DNA of 64,000 bases. Origin: Phoronis australis (lineage: Eukaryota; Animalia; Phoronida). Shown one piece after another: positions 11,001 to 22,700 of this stretch; the stretch's first letter is position 1, and every line of letters starts with the position of its first letter. The notes under the pieces are model-generated. The model saw nothing but the letters and a program-made list of their open reading frames with translations. It was not told the DNA's origin and ran no database searches. The DNA is taken from the NCBI GenBank assembly GCA_002633005.1, contig NMRA01000227.1:379110-443109 (forward strand), written 5' to 3'. A program made the position numbers and the translations under genes.

Positions 11001-13473
11001 ACACATTGACGTGCGCTACCATTACATACGGAACAACGATTGTGTGAAGTTTCAGTATGTGAACACCAAAGACAATTTGGCTGATATTTTTACGAAACCG
11101 CTCTCGAAAGATGGACATTTGAGAGCCGTAATCGCGATCCAAGGGGCATGTTGATTAGAATCGCTCCCATGACCAGACACTATTTATCATTACAGACTCA
11201 TACATCACTGCTTAGCATGCGCAGTGTCTTTTCTCTGCCCTCCACGTTTCATAGTGTGTAGTTTGTAGACGTGTATTTTATAGCTCTCAATAAATCAGTT
11301 ATGGATCGCAAATCAACAGCGAACGGTTTAGGAGATACAGTCATAGGTGCAACAAAAACAAAACTGCCACTAGGAGGTGCCACAGTAGTCAAAATCGTCG
11401 GAAAATCATCGTCAACCGTTTTCTTCATAGTAAGCACATACACGCCAATTTTCACAATCATCCTTTGAGCGGTTTGGTTGAAAGAGGGGTGGATGCAAAA
11501 AAACTCAAAAACAGTAAAAATGGCCACTAGGTGGCACAAACTACGTTGAATCCATCTGAAAACGGGAGGATAGCGTCACCTCACTAATAGGTGCCTACAT
11601 ATTGAATTTCATGAAAATCCGTTAAGGACTTTTGAAGATACAAAGGTAAACGTAAAACAAATTGCCACTATGGGGCACACCGGTAGTCGAATCTGTTCAA
11701 AAGTCGTAGTCGTCCGTTGTTAACATCATATAAATACACTAACTAAATTTTGTAAAGATCCTGCAAACGGTTTAGGAGATAGAGCCATAAGCGCAAAAAA
11801 ACCAAAACTGCCACTTGGAGGCGCCACAGTAGTCGAAATCGTCGGAAAATCATCGTCAACCGTCCTCTTCATAGTAAGCACATACATGCCAATATTCACA
11901 ATCATCCTTTCAGCGGTTTGGTTGATAAAGGGGTGGATGCAAAAGAACAGACTTGAAAACAGTAAAAATAGCCACTAGGTGGCGCACACTGCGTCGAATC
12001 CATCCGAAAACAAGAGGATAGCGTCATCTCACTAATGGGTGCCTACATACCAAATTTCATGAAAATCCGTTCAGGACTTTTGAAGATACAAAGGTAAGCG
12101 TAAAAAACTAAAATTGCCACTAGGGGGCACACCGGTAGTCGGATCCGTCTGAACGTTCGCTCATGGCGTTCCATTCATAAATGGAACATATAAGCCAAAT
12201 TTCATGAACATACGTCAAAGGGTTTTGGATTTGGAGATAGAGCAGCGGACGGACGCCGCTCAGACGGACGGATGGAGATGACAGCATAATGCGTCCACAT
12301 AAGTAAATATGTGGGGGCATAAAAATGCTAGATGTTTTTGCTTGTGTTTTACAAGTGGGGTTAATTTAAAAGATTTATATTTGGTTGATGCTCATGGCCA
12401 AGGAAGTGATTAATTTTTAAATTTGGATTCAAGCAATATCAGCATATATGCGCTTTTCTCTTTTGGAGTTACTCTTGGAGTTAAAATTTTCACTTTAGCT
12501 AAGAATGGTTGCCCGCTCGAGGATCCTCAACTTTTCAGTCGTGCGATTCTCAACTAAGTAATGGAGCACAAAGAAATTCACTCTTGTTTTATAGAAAATA
12601 TTGGGCTGGGTCAGTATCAGGGCGGGGGAAATTAGGGCCGGGGAACATTGGGATGGGGAACTTACATAACATTAAATCGTCGTGAGAGACCGTCCGAAGT
12701 TGGTATATAGTGCAACTCCGGACGGTCTGGGATGAACAGAAAACCACAGTTCTACTGTGAGTCTACACCAATGTGATCCCTGTAAAGTCCTGCACGATCT
12801 ACGTTATGTAGGTTTGGTAAACATCGCCGACGTGGGACATAGGGTTACTAGTAGTGGAACATAGAAATGGGCAAATATAAAAGTTAATGAAACAGTGAAC
12901 TCAGTGGTGAGTGAATTTTTCAGTCAGTAACTGTATGATTGACTCTGGTCGTGGCAATTGCCGAGATCACCCAACCTGGGAATCGCGCCAGTTACACCCG
13001 ATAAAACGAGTAAGCTTAATTGCTAACCATCTGGCTACGGTAGAGGCTCATATGCATTCACCGGAAGCACGTCTAGCACACAGTGTCATAGACGCGTAAC
13101 CGGCCCACATTTCGCCAAATTTCTTTGAGCGGCCGATTGCAAAAACGTCAAGCAAAGCCTAAACTTTTGATTGCAGTGTGGCGTGTAACTGAGTCAGAAA
13201 AGACAACTGATGTTCTTTACTCATGGGCGGTGCACCATAAGGGGCTGAGGAGGCTATAGCCTCCTCCCCCACTTTTTTCAGTGCCACGCCGCACATGATG
13301 GTCTATAGCCATAGGCGTTGCACCACAGCCACTGACGGCTGAGGCAGTGAGGGGCTTTAGTTTAGCCCCCCACTATTTTTCAGTGCTTCGCAGCACATGT
13401 TACTTACAGGATCCGGCTGCGTGTCATCGTAATCATTACTTTCTCCCTGTAAACACGGTAAGCACAAACCCAT
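5093..13473 (-). CDS. SVIP: Small VCP/p97-interacting protein, complete 3-exon CDS, 81 aa
   Basis: Minus-strand exons: 13473-13408 (MGLCLPCLQGESNDYDDTQPDP|gtaagt); 6401-6237 (acag|ETRRKQQAEAALKRQHEDEARGLKDPVGVKLKQQRMEELERRAEQQPNQGGEGLR|gtgagt); 5107-5093 (tttttag|WQVG*). All phase 0. N-terminal MGLC.PC myristoylation/palmitoylation motif, VIM motif R-x5-AA-x2-R and C-terminal GLRW.V are as in vertebrate SVIP. Confidence 0.93.
5110..6000. repeat. 42-bp minisatellite (about 7 + 2.5 copies), split by a MITE
   Basis: Unit AAAAAGAGAAGGAATACAATCAAACATACAAGCAACAGACAY at 5110-5392 and 5895-6000. Confidence 0.95.
5393..5894. mobile_element. 502-bp hAT-like MITE with 13-bp TIRs and 6-bp TSD
   Basis: CAGGGCTTGGAAT ... 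ATTCCAAGCCCTG. ATACAA is duplicated at 5387-5392 and 5895-5900; removing the element and one copy restores a perfect repeat unit. Subterminal CGCGGAA motifs at both ends. Confidence 0.85.
8635..11154 (+). pseudogene. Copia pol remnant: one reading frame with three premature TAG stops
   Basis: ORFs 8635, 8983, 9343 and 10822 share one frame. Stops at 8959-8961, 9253-9255 and 10720-10722. The final TGA lies inside the LTR start. Confidence 0.9.
11149..11318 (+). repeat. Copia 3' LTR (170 bp)
   Basis: Starts TGTTGATT, ends AATCAACA (8-bp terminal inverted repeat, TG..CA). Contains AATAAA near 11289. Host HINE sequence resumes directly after it. Confidence 0.88.
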
Positions 13474-13700
13474 TACTAAAGGCACTAAGTTCGCAAAATG
13501 CGAAGTAAAGTGAAGTCTCGTAAACAGGGAAATTTACGGAAACTGAATTGTTTATACTTTATTAGTTCTTCACATGTCCGCCAGGTCTCGACTAAAGCGA
13601 CATCTAGTGTATTTGTTGTAGCGATTGCTTTCTGCTTTGTGCGGAAAGCCTACTCTAGTACTCTGTTAAACTTAAACTTTAAAGTGCTATTGGATTAGCA
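13474..13700. promoter_or_regulatory. Putative bidirectional promoter region SVIP/NADSYN1
   Basis: Only 227 bp separate the divergent start codons (SVIP ATG 13473 minus, NADSYN1 ATG 13701 plus). Transcription start sites were not determined. Confidence 0.75.
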
Positions 13701-16700
13701 ATGGGTCGTGCTGTCGTTTTGGCAACATGTTCGCTGAACCAATGGGCAATGGATTTCGAAGGCAACTTGGAGAGAATTTTGCTAAGTACGTGGGTGTATC
13801 ATTCCTAAGACAGTCCATCCTGCCGGTGGACGCGGTTGAACTCCAAGTGGTGTTGCTTTACTCTTGCTAACTTGCTGAGCGTCGTTACCGCTGCAATGTC
13901 TGCCCTAGCCTGCCAGCCAACTAGCTGTATAAAGACAAGCACGCCATTGTTACTTGGCGAAATGTATTTCGCCAAGTATGTTGCCTTGCCATCAATTTTG
14001 TTTGTTTTTTGTTTGTTCGCACTCTACAGGTCGCATTTTTCTTCTGATTTTCACACTCAGCCTCAAGTTCCGGAAGTCCTGGAAGCCTATTGTTTTTCGT
14101 CAAGATCGGATCCAAGATGGCGGCCATTTTGTTTTCAATTTTAGATTCAAACGCTCGTACGTAGAGGTTGTAAATTTTAGGTACACGGCTGAAAATAAGC
14201 ACATATGTTGTACCGTACTTGTTCTACATTTGTGGTGAGAATCATTTATTTCCAGTGAAAGATGGCGGAAATATAGGCAATTGCGCATGCGCACCTCGAT
14301 TATTCGGCAAAAAATATTTTCTCCTGTAGCTGGCACATTATAGAATCAATTTCTTTGAAATTTTCAGGTATTGGTTTTTTATGACGCGCTATTATTCAGA
14401 CCTAAAAAAACGAAAGTTGCTGTCAAGATGACGGATCTGGCGCATGTTGACCCATTTTCAGTCATGCTGGGGTGCCATTTTAAATAGGAAGTGAAAATGA
14501 CATGAACTTTTGTATATGAATTCTCTAAGGCATACCCTTTTAAATGGCCTGTAACAATTTTTTTCGTAGACTTACCGTTTTCGAGTTATCTGACTTTGAA
14601 TTTCAAAAAAAATGCAAAATTTCAAATTTTCAAAAAGTTTACAGACTTTTGCAATACTACCATGTTAGATAGAGTTTTAAATGGGCTTTGAGACGATATT
14701 TTCCATATTTTCTCTAGGACGTCTACTTTTTGAATTATTTGAGATTTTATGATAGCGCTGTTCCTTTGTTGACCGGTCTTGCTGCACTGATGTTGATTTA
14801 GCTTCTATTGAAGAAGACAGTAGCCTATTTCTTACTGATTTCTGACATCTTTGCTAGTCATATGAATGTTATCGTGTAGTTCATAATCCCCACTATCATC
14901 ATCATAATCATCACTGTCTTCGTCATCTCCATCGTCATCTTTTCGGTTAATTTCGCCAAGTGTCACTCCTCTGAGTGCTCTCATTTAAATAGTTACTAGT
15001 ATGTACCAGGGATATATGTGCCCATAACAGTTAATATTCATGGTGGGGGGAGGTTATTTCTTCTTTCCCATGTCATGGTCATGGCCATTGTGTAATTGAT
15101 GGAAGAGGGGAGGGAGTGGTCAAATAAACGGGTCTCTCTTCAAAATTGCTATAGACAACCAGTTTTCACTGAACAATGGCAATTGGGCAGTGNNNNNNNN
15201 NNNNNNNNNNNNNNNNNNNNNNNGGGTACCAGGCAGTGGGGGGTACCTGGCAGTGGGGGGTTCCAGGCAGTGGGGGGGGGTACCAGGCAGTGGGGGGTAC
15301 CATAGCATATACATGCTAATGCAGTACCTGAGCAATCAGAAAAATGGGTATTGGCATACTCGAGACAGTATCAAAAACTTTCACTGACCCCTAACCCCAG
15401 TTTGCCAACATTCCCTTGCCACCACTTTTTTCCTTTCTAGTCAATGATTTACATGATTTCATCCTTTGCCGCTACCATTTTCAGTTAGCGTCTGAGATAG
15501 ACAATTTAAGACTCAGCCCCCTCATCTGCCATATAGGTGGGGGGGGGGGGCGTTGTTTAGATTTAGGAGTGTTCAACTGTTTTAATTTATGAGTGATGGA
15601 ATCAAATATATCTTCTTAAGGAATTAAGAAACGATACATAAAGCTATCTTGGTGACTTGATATGCAGAGATTTAACAATTTTAGTTTAGCTGAGTTCTCT
15701 CAGAATTGTTCCTCACTGTTTAAGTGATTTTGTTTTCAGTTAGAAAAGTGTGTTTGTTCTGATCATCTTTGTGAGTTTCTTGGTCATTTTTTCTGTTTAA
15801 TTGTTTCAGGCATTGAGGAAGCTAAGAGAAAGGGGGCAAAGTACAGACTGGGTCCAGAACTTGAACTGTGGTAACTTTTGTAGTTGAGCTGAAAATAGCA
15901 ACTAAAATTTTCCATTTCACTACAGATTATGCTATGTGTCGAATGTTAACAAACAAGCTGGCCATTGGCATTTGAAAACAAAATTAACCTTACCTGGATA
16001 ACGACTTGATCCAAGTTAAACACCAGGGGAGTTGCCATCATATCAGGTTCTTTATACACAAGAGTTAAATAAGACATTGGGGTACACTGTTTAAAGTGTT
16101 AGTCAAGTGTAAGCTAAATGTTTGTGCTGAGGGGAACTGAAATTTTGAGTAAAATGACATTCATAAAAACATATGCTTAATTTGAGAAAATACCGTAGAC
16201 ATACCATAGACATGCTGTAGACGTTGGAGTGAGTGTAACCATGTTTTGATCAAAGGTAGTAATGCACATGGCAGGAGATGAACAGGTATTTATTGGTTTC
16301 ATTCACGTAAGGCAGGATAAAGTTTCTTTTTTACAAACTGAACACTACCACTTTTGATACACTGCTTTGTTTTCTTTTAAAAAATCAACAAATGTTAAAA
16401 TGAACGCCTTTGGGTACTCTTTTCTGTCAACGATATCCTGACTTCTTGTGAGCAGTCTTATGTTAGTTTTGAAATGAGAACCATGATCTTTTGCACATGT
16501 ATTAGTAAGATGACTGTGGACAAGTGGTGCAGGTAAGACTTGTTTGTAAATCTGTTTCCAGTGGCTACGGCTGCCAGGACCACTTCATGGAAAGCGACAC
16601 CTTTCTACATTCATTTGAAGTGTTGGCTAGTCTGCTCAAGTCTCCTGTATGTAAGGATATATTGGTAGATGTTGGCATGTAAGTAAACTATGAACTGTCT

Positions 16701-19700
16701 TCTATATTAACATTGATTTCAGGTATGTTCAGTTGACCTATTATTACCAGCTGTCAGTCATTGATTAATTGACCATTTGCCAACCGGTCAGTTGAAAGAG
16801 TATTACACCCATGTCTCGGTTTTGTTTCGTAGCTTTTGTTAATGTTCTTTACTTAATATCAAGTTTCCTGTAGAAGCTGAGCATTGAGTCACTAGGAATG
16901 ATTATAATTTAGCCGAACTACTAAAATACAATGAAACTATTACAATATAGTGAAGACACAATTGCACTATAATGCCCATTTTTGGGCTTGTCATATGGAA
17001 TGACCAGAGCAACTGAATGTGATTACAGGTCTGTGCGAAAATAGTTTGGTCTTCAAATGGATACATCTGAATCGTGTTATTTATCTATTTCATTGTCTTT
17101 TTCAAAGGCGACCACATATTTTTGATGAAAAATCAATAAAACATCATTTCCTTCAGGAAATTGAATGTAATTTCTCTGTGGACTTTGATAAATACTACTA
17201 ATGATAAATATGACTAATTTACACGATTTGATTTCATGAGCAGTATGGAATGCTATTGATGACTTGATGTAGGTCGTCAATGAAACCTCAGATTTTGTTT
17301 GGCGACTTCGTAAAGTTTCACAAATTTGCCATGTACACATCCAAGCATGCTCTCAAAATACTACAGGAAGTAAACAGACAGGACTCAGAATTGTTCTGCA
17401 AAAATTGGAGGGGCACATTTGTGACTCATGCACAGATAACACGTCCTTGTGATATTTGCCTTTTCTCTTAGGCATTCGGAGTTGGTGAGCCTGTGTGGGA
17501 AATTGGATTTTAACGAGCTTGCATTCTACAAAAAAGGCTCTGGGGCCATCCGTAGTACTCCGGCAGACATTTGCTCAGTCTGCCAGTTTTTCTTGTTAGT
17601 TTCAGTTTAGGCCGCTGCCAAAGTGCTTGGCTTGTGGAGTACAGGACTTTCGCAACCCCAAATACAGGATTTCATTGTTTTGGTGACCTCATTTCCTGTT
17701 TTGCCGACCCGGGAATTTTGCCAAGTCACATTTGACAAGTAGATGTTATGTTAAGTGTCGAACCCTGTAATGATTCTAGCAATATGCATTCCATGGGAGG
17801 GGAACTTCTTTGATAAATGGCAGATGTAAACAATGACTTTACCCAGTCAGCTCTCTAATATAAAACAATGCTTTGTAATGCTGGTTGACCCTCAGAAGTT
17901 TGGAGAAAGTTTGATAGCTACATACTAATACATTATATGCGAGTTACGCCACTGTGGGGATGGTCTACGTACCAACACTATCATAGGAACCATTAGTTGA
18001 ATACTGTGTTTATCACTGAAGACACCAACACTATCATAGGAACCATTAGTTGAATACTGTGTTTATCACTGAAGACACCAACACTATCATAGGAACCATT
18101 AGTTGAATACTGTGTTTATCACTGAAGACACCAACACTATCATAGGAACCATTAGTTGAATACTGTGTTTATCACTGAAGACACCAATGGTGGATAAGCA
18201 TTGGACAGACCAAGGATTGGCTGAAATTATCAAAACATAGGTTCATAGTTCAAAACCAGACTTAGTGTCCTCTTAAGTAGTTGACTGCATAACTTCTTGG
18301 TTGGCATTAAATGAATTATTGTATTTGATACTGCATAATTTTTGTTGTTTTAACAAAGGGTTGGAAATTTGTTGCTTCTGTTTTTTAAAATTCCTATTGG
18401 ATGTTATTTTTTATGCACTGCAGTATCCTTAAGTCAGACACAAGATGCTCCTCAAGTTTAGTTTTAACTACAGTATGTCTCATCATGTTTATAGTGCCTG
18501 TGTCATGACCATTGATCTCTAACCTGTTACAGGCCAGTGAGGCACAAAAACGTCCCCTACAACTGCCGGGTGTTCTTCCTCAACAGGTAAGACTGTATAT
18601 AGTGTTTACTAATTTAGTCCACTGTCTGTCAATACCCGTTATGACCAAACTTACCTGCACCTATAGTCCACATTGTTTGGGATGCAGAATGTTCCTTTAT
18701 TGCATATTATAACATGGATATGGTAAAGCTTCTTTTATTTTGAATCCCCCTAAACACTCTTGATGTCGAATGATGAAAGTTTGTTCCTTTCCAAACAAAT
18801 CATTTGTTGATAAAAGCCATGATTTTTATTTACATTGTAAGTGAATATCAGAACCAAAAAACTTCTATCGGTGGAACATGCAATCTGTGACATTGGTGAA
18901 GATTTTTTTGTGATTTGTAAAAAGTAAACAATTTGCAAGTTTGAATATAGAAGCTCTTGCAAGTTTCTTTTCAGTTGAGTATCTCATGAGTGTGGTTTTC
19001 ATTTGAGTTTGTTATGAGTGTGGTTTTCAGCCTCACCACTAGAGTATGTTATGAGTGTAGTTTTCAGCCTCACCACTAGAGTATGTTATGAGTGTGGTTT
19101 TCAGCCTCACCACTAGAGTATGTTATGAGTGTGGTTTTCAGCCTCACCACTATGCCAGTAGAACATGAAGAGGAATCAAACTTACAGCCATAATATTGCC
19201 ACATTATTTAAGGTGCTTACCATCATCCTATTCCACACTCATCTTGATGATATTTGGATATTGCCTCAGACCATGCACATCAACTTAGAGGATATCCGGT
19301 TATTGCCTCAGACCATGCACATCAACTTAGAGGATATCCGGATATTGCCTCAGACCATGCACATCAACTTAGAGGATATCCGGATATTGCCTCAGACCAT
19401 GCACATCAACTTAGAGGATATCCGGATATTGCCTCAGACCATGCACATCAACTTAGAGGATATCCGGATATTGCCTCAGACCATGCACATCAACTTAGAG
19501 GATATCCGGATATTGCCTCAGACCATGCACATCAACTTAGAGGATATCCGGATATTGCCTCAGACCATGCACATCAACTTAGAGGATATCCGGATATTGC
19601 CTCAGACCATGCACATCAACTTAGAGGATATCCGGATATTGCCTCAGACCATGCACATCAACTTAGAGGATATCCGGATATTGCCTCAGACCATGCACAT

Positions 19701-22700
19701 CAACTTAGAGGATATCCGGATATTGCCTCAGACCACGCACATCAACTTAACTGGTGATGGTGAGTTAGTCTCTGCCAACGCAGTAGTACAGCACTCATGG
19801 GACTTCTAGGCATTTTAGTGTGCCCAATTTCAATTCAAGCACAGGATAGGAACATGATGATGTTGATTTGGAAAAAGTTGTTGTGCATGTGTGAAGAAAG
19901 TTGTAATAGAGGTGTGAAGACAGTTGTAATGGAGGTGTGAAGACAGTTGTAATGGAGGTGTGAAGACAGTTGTAATGGAGGTGTGAAGACAGTTGTAATG
20001 GAGGTGTGAAGACAGTTGTAATGGAGGTGTGAAGACAGTTGTAATGGAGGTGTGAAGACAGTTGTAACACTCCTATGAAGAAAGTTGTTATTGACAACAG
20101 AACACTGTTTATAGCTACATTACATTATGTGGTAATATCATGGTAACACAGACTTTCACATGGGAGAATCAACTTTAGATTGAGGATAGAGGACCATGCT
20201 GGATATTAGCCTTTGGCTAAAGCATGTTTTACATTTATTGTATTTTTATCCTCTTTAAATAAAGTTTACTATTATTATTATCATTATTATTGATGCAATA
20301 ACCAGATTACATAAACCCCCGGGCCTACTTATCACTGCGAGTATAGCCTGAGGGGGCACGTGTTAATTATCAATATTTATACACTCACATATACATATGA
20401 ATTGTAGCAAAATTCTGCTGATTCGACCCAAGATGATGCTGGCCAATGATGGCAACTATCGAGAGACTCGCTGGTTCACAGCTTGGACCAAACCTAAACA
20501 AACTGAGGAGTACCACCTACCTCGTATAATTCAGCAAATTACGGGACAGGTGACATTAATTGTTGATACTCTTAAACGTTCTAAAATGGTTTTAAAAATA
20601 CAGTTATCTATTAAATAACATAAGTGGTAAATGAATAATAATTGCTATACCTTTAAATAAGATAACATTTAGCTAGGTACGATTTATTACAAAATGGTAA
20701 TAAGGATAATTGTCATAACATTAATTATAGAGCTGTAATTCCAAATTTTTGTTCATTCAGTCAGTGCAGGTTTTCTTCCTCAAGGTGCTGTGAGCTAATA
20801 CCATAATTGTCCATCAGTGTGTTATGTGACTTTGTTGCTATTCAGAAGATACTGAACTAGGTTCCTGTGGGTATATTAAATGACAAAATCGTGCATTGTA
20901 TAAATCAGTGGGGGGTTGGGGTATTATCCTAGTATGTGGCTCAATGCAAAGGTTGGTTTACTGTTCAAACAATACTACATTTTAACTGAGGTCTGTTCCA
21001 GTAAAATCCGTGTGTGAGGGGGGGGACAGCAGTAGAAATAAAAATTCATGGGTGGTGGTCTTCAGAAAAAAAACTCAAATTATGGGTGGTCGTTCCTGTA
21101 AGAAGTGATGCATTAAAAATGGGTGGTATTTTTTGACCTGCTAATGTTGACAGGTTGGTTACTTTAGCTGTCAAAACTCAAAAAAAATGCAATTGGCACA
21201 TATCCTGGCATATATCCTAATTTATCCCAATACAAAAAAACCCATATTGCCAGTGAACAGAGTGCATTATGTTCACTAAGCCATTAATCAAGTCATGGGC
21301 AACTTGATTTGAGCCAACTTTTTGTCTACAGTCCTATTGAATTGAAAAGTTATGCAACTGGTGTTAACACATATAGGAAAATTGATGATTTTTAAATAAA
21401 AAGTATGAGGAGTAAGATAAACAAGTTCCAGTATTCACTTGTCATAGAAGTATAAAAGAGTTCGTGGAGAGAGTTTGAGATATACATAGATCCTTATAAT
21501 TGAAAAAATGTTCATTGAAATTATAGACACATGGTGAACAGAGACACCTGGTGGCTGCCAAAAGTATTGCTCACAGGCTACTTTAGTTTTTGACAATATT
21601 GGACAAGACAACTAGTTCTTGTCTGTCAATCATCTAAGTTCTTAACAGGTCCTCCTGGAGGCAATTTGTTTGCAAGTTTTGGATTTTATATTTTAACTTA
21701 TTAAAAATAATTAAAAAAATTATGGTTCATGGGTTGGAAAAATAAATGAAAAATATGGGCGGTGGGTGCCTTCCCACCCTCCCATACAGATTTTGCTGGA
21801 ACAGCCCTGGTCTGATTGATTAATGAGTTGTCTATAATGTGTACCATCAAGTTTTATGTTAAACTATTTCAGAGAACAGTACCATTTGGTGATGCTGTCA
21901 TAGCTACATTAGACACCTGTATAGCGAGTGAAATTTGTGAAGAGTTATGGAATCCAAAAAGGTTACTGTTTAAACTGTTTTCTCAAACCCGATGTGAGCA
22001 ATGAGTGAATCCATCAATATTATGTTTTTGACCTTATGGTTAATCTGGTTATGAAGTGCGAATAAGTCACAGTCTCCACAACACTACAGACAGAACTTAC
22101 AGGGGGAGGAATGTAGTGGATGTATTCGCTGTGTCATTAATGTGCTGATTAGTTGAGCAAGTAGTTGATTTTTTCACAAAATTTGTTTTAAAAGACAAGA
22201 CATTTGATAACATTAAAAATGAGGGTCATAGTCAAATTCCTAGTTTCACCCAAGTCTACAAACACCTTATTTTGCTTCTTCTCGAAAAAGCATGAAATCA
22301 CTCTCAATTAGTATAGTTGTGATACATAAGTCCATTTAGAATGTACTCTGAAGTAACATTGGTTCTTAAGTCTGTGAAAAATGGTTGCTGCATTTTTGTA
22401 AGTTGTAGTCATTGTGTACTCTTTTTAAGTCTAACCAATAACCTTTCATACTTTGGGCTTCTTGTTATAATTCTTCAAACTCATCTGTGGTGTCTGTAAT
22501 GTTCTTTCCTTTCTTTCAGTAATGTGCATACAAAATGAGGGCAGTGAGTTTCATGAACCATGTAAAATCACAAATAGTTGTAACAAAGAGAGTGAACAGT
22601 GACCCTTGTTTTGTTTTTAATGCCTTTATAGCCGACACATTGACTTGGCGCTTGATGGTGTAGAGATAATCACCAACGGAAGTGGCAGCCATCATGAACT

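Larger units (their letters stand above)
8622..11318 (+). mobile_element. Ty1/Copia LTR retrotransposon, 5'-deleted (integrase-RT-RNaseH + 3' LTR)
   Basis: Domain order INT-RT-RH. Motifs CETC, VHTDVCGP, IHSDNGGE, NGKSER, YKARYVAKGYSQ, HQMDVKGAYLN, LYGLRQSGRNW, WVDDII, YSDSD, AEYMA, HIDVRYH, LADIFTKPL. Purine tract AAGGGGCA precedes the LTR. Confidence 0.95.
7892..12322 (-). mobile_element. Non-autonomous Helentron (HINE/DINE-1-like) family A, with tandem ~150-bp monomers, interrupted by Copia
   Basis: Head hairpin ATGCGTCCACAT..ATGTGGGGGCAT at 12289-12320 next to a (GGAC)n microsatellite. Other end AACAAGAG-CAACGCGGAGCGTTG (stem-loop) plus subterminal IR ATGCGCCCAC at about 7892-7926. Internal 451-bp tandem units. 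Confidence 0.75.

Noticed and set aside
12675-12700. ATCGTCGTGAGAGA resembling a conserved LSU rRNA motif
   Set aside because: Only about 11 nt match, with no flanking rRNA similarity.
15224-15301. G-quadruplex-forming regulatory element
   Set aside because: G-runs are real but abut an assembly gap, so length and sequence are unreliable and there is no functional evidence.
19165-19809. 214-aa ORF with [14 protein letters not shown] repeats
   Set aside because: Product of a 42-bp intronic minisatellite with no synonymous variation; lies within NADSYN1 intron 4.
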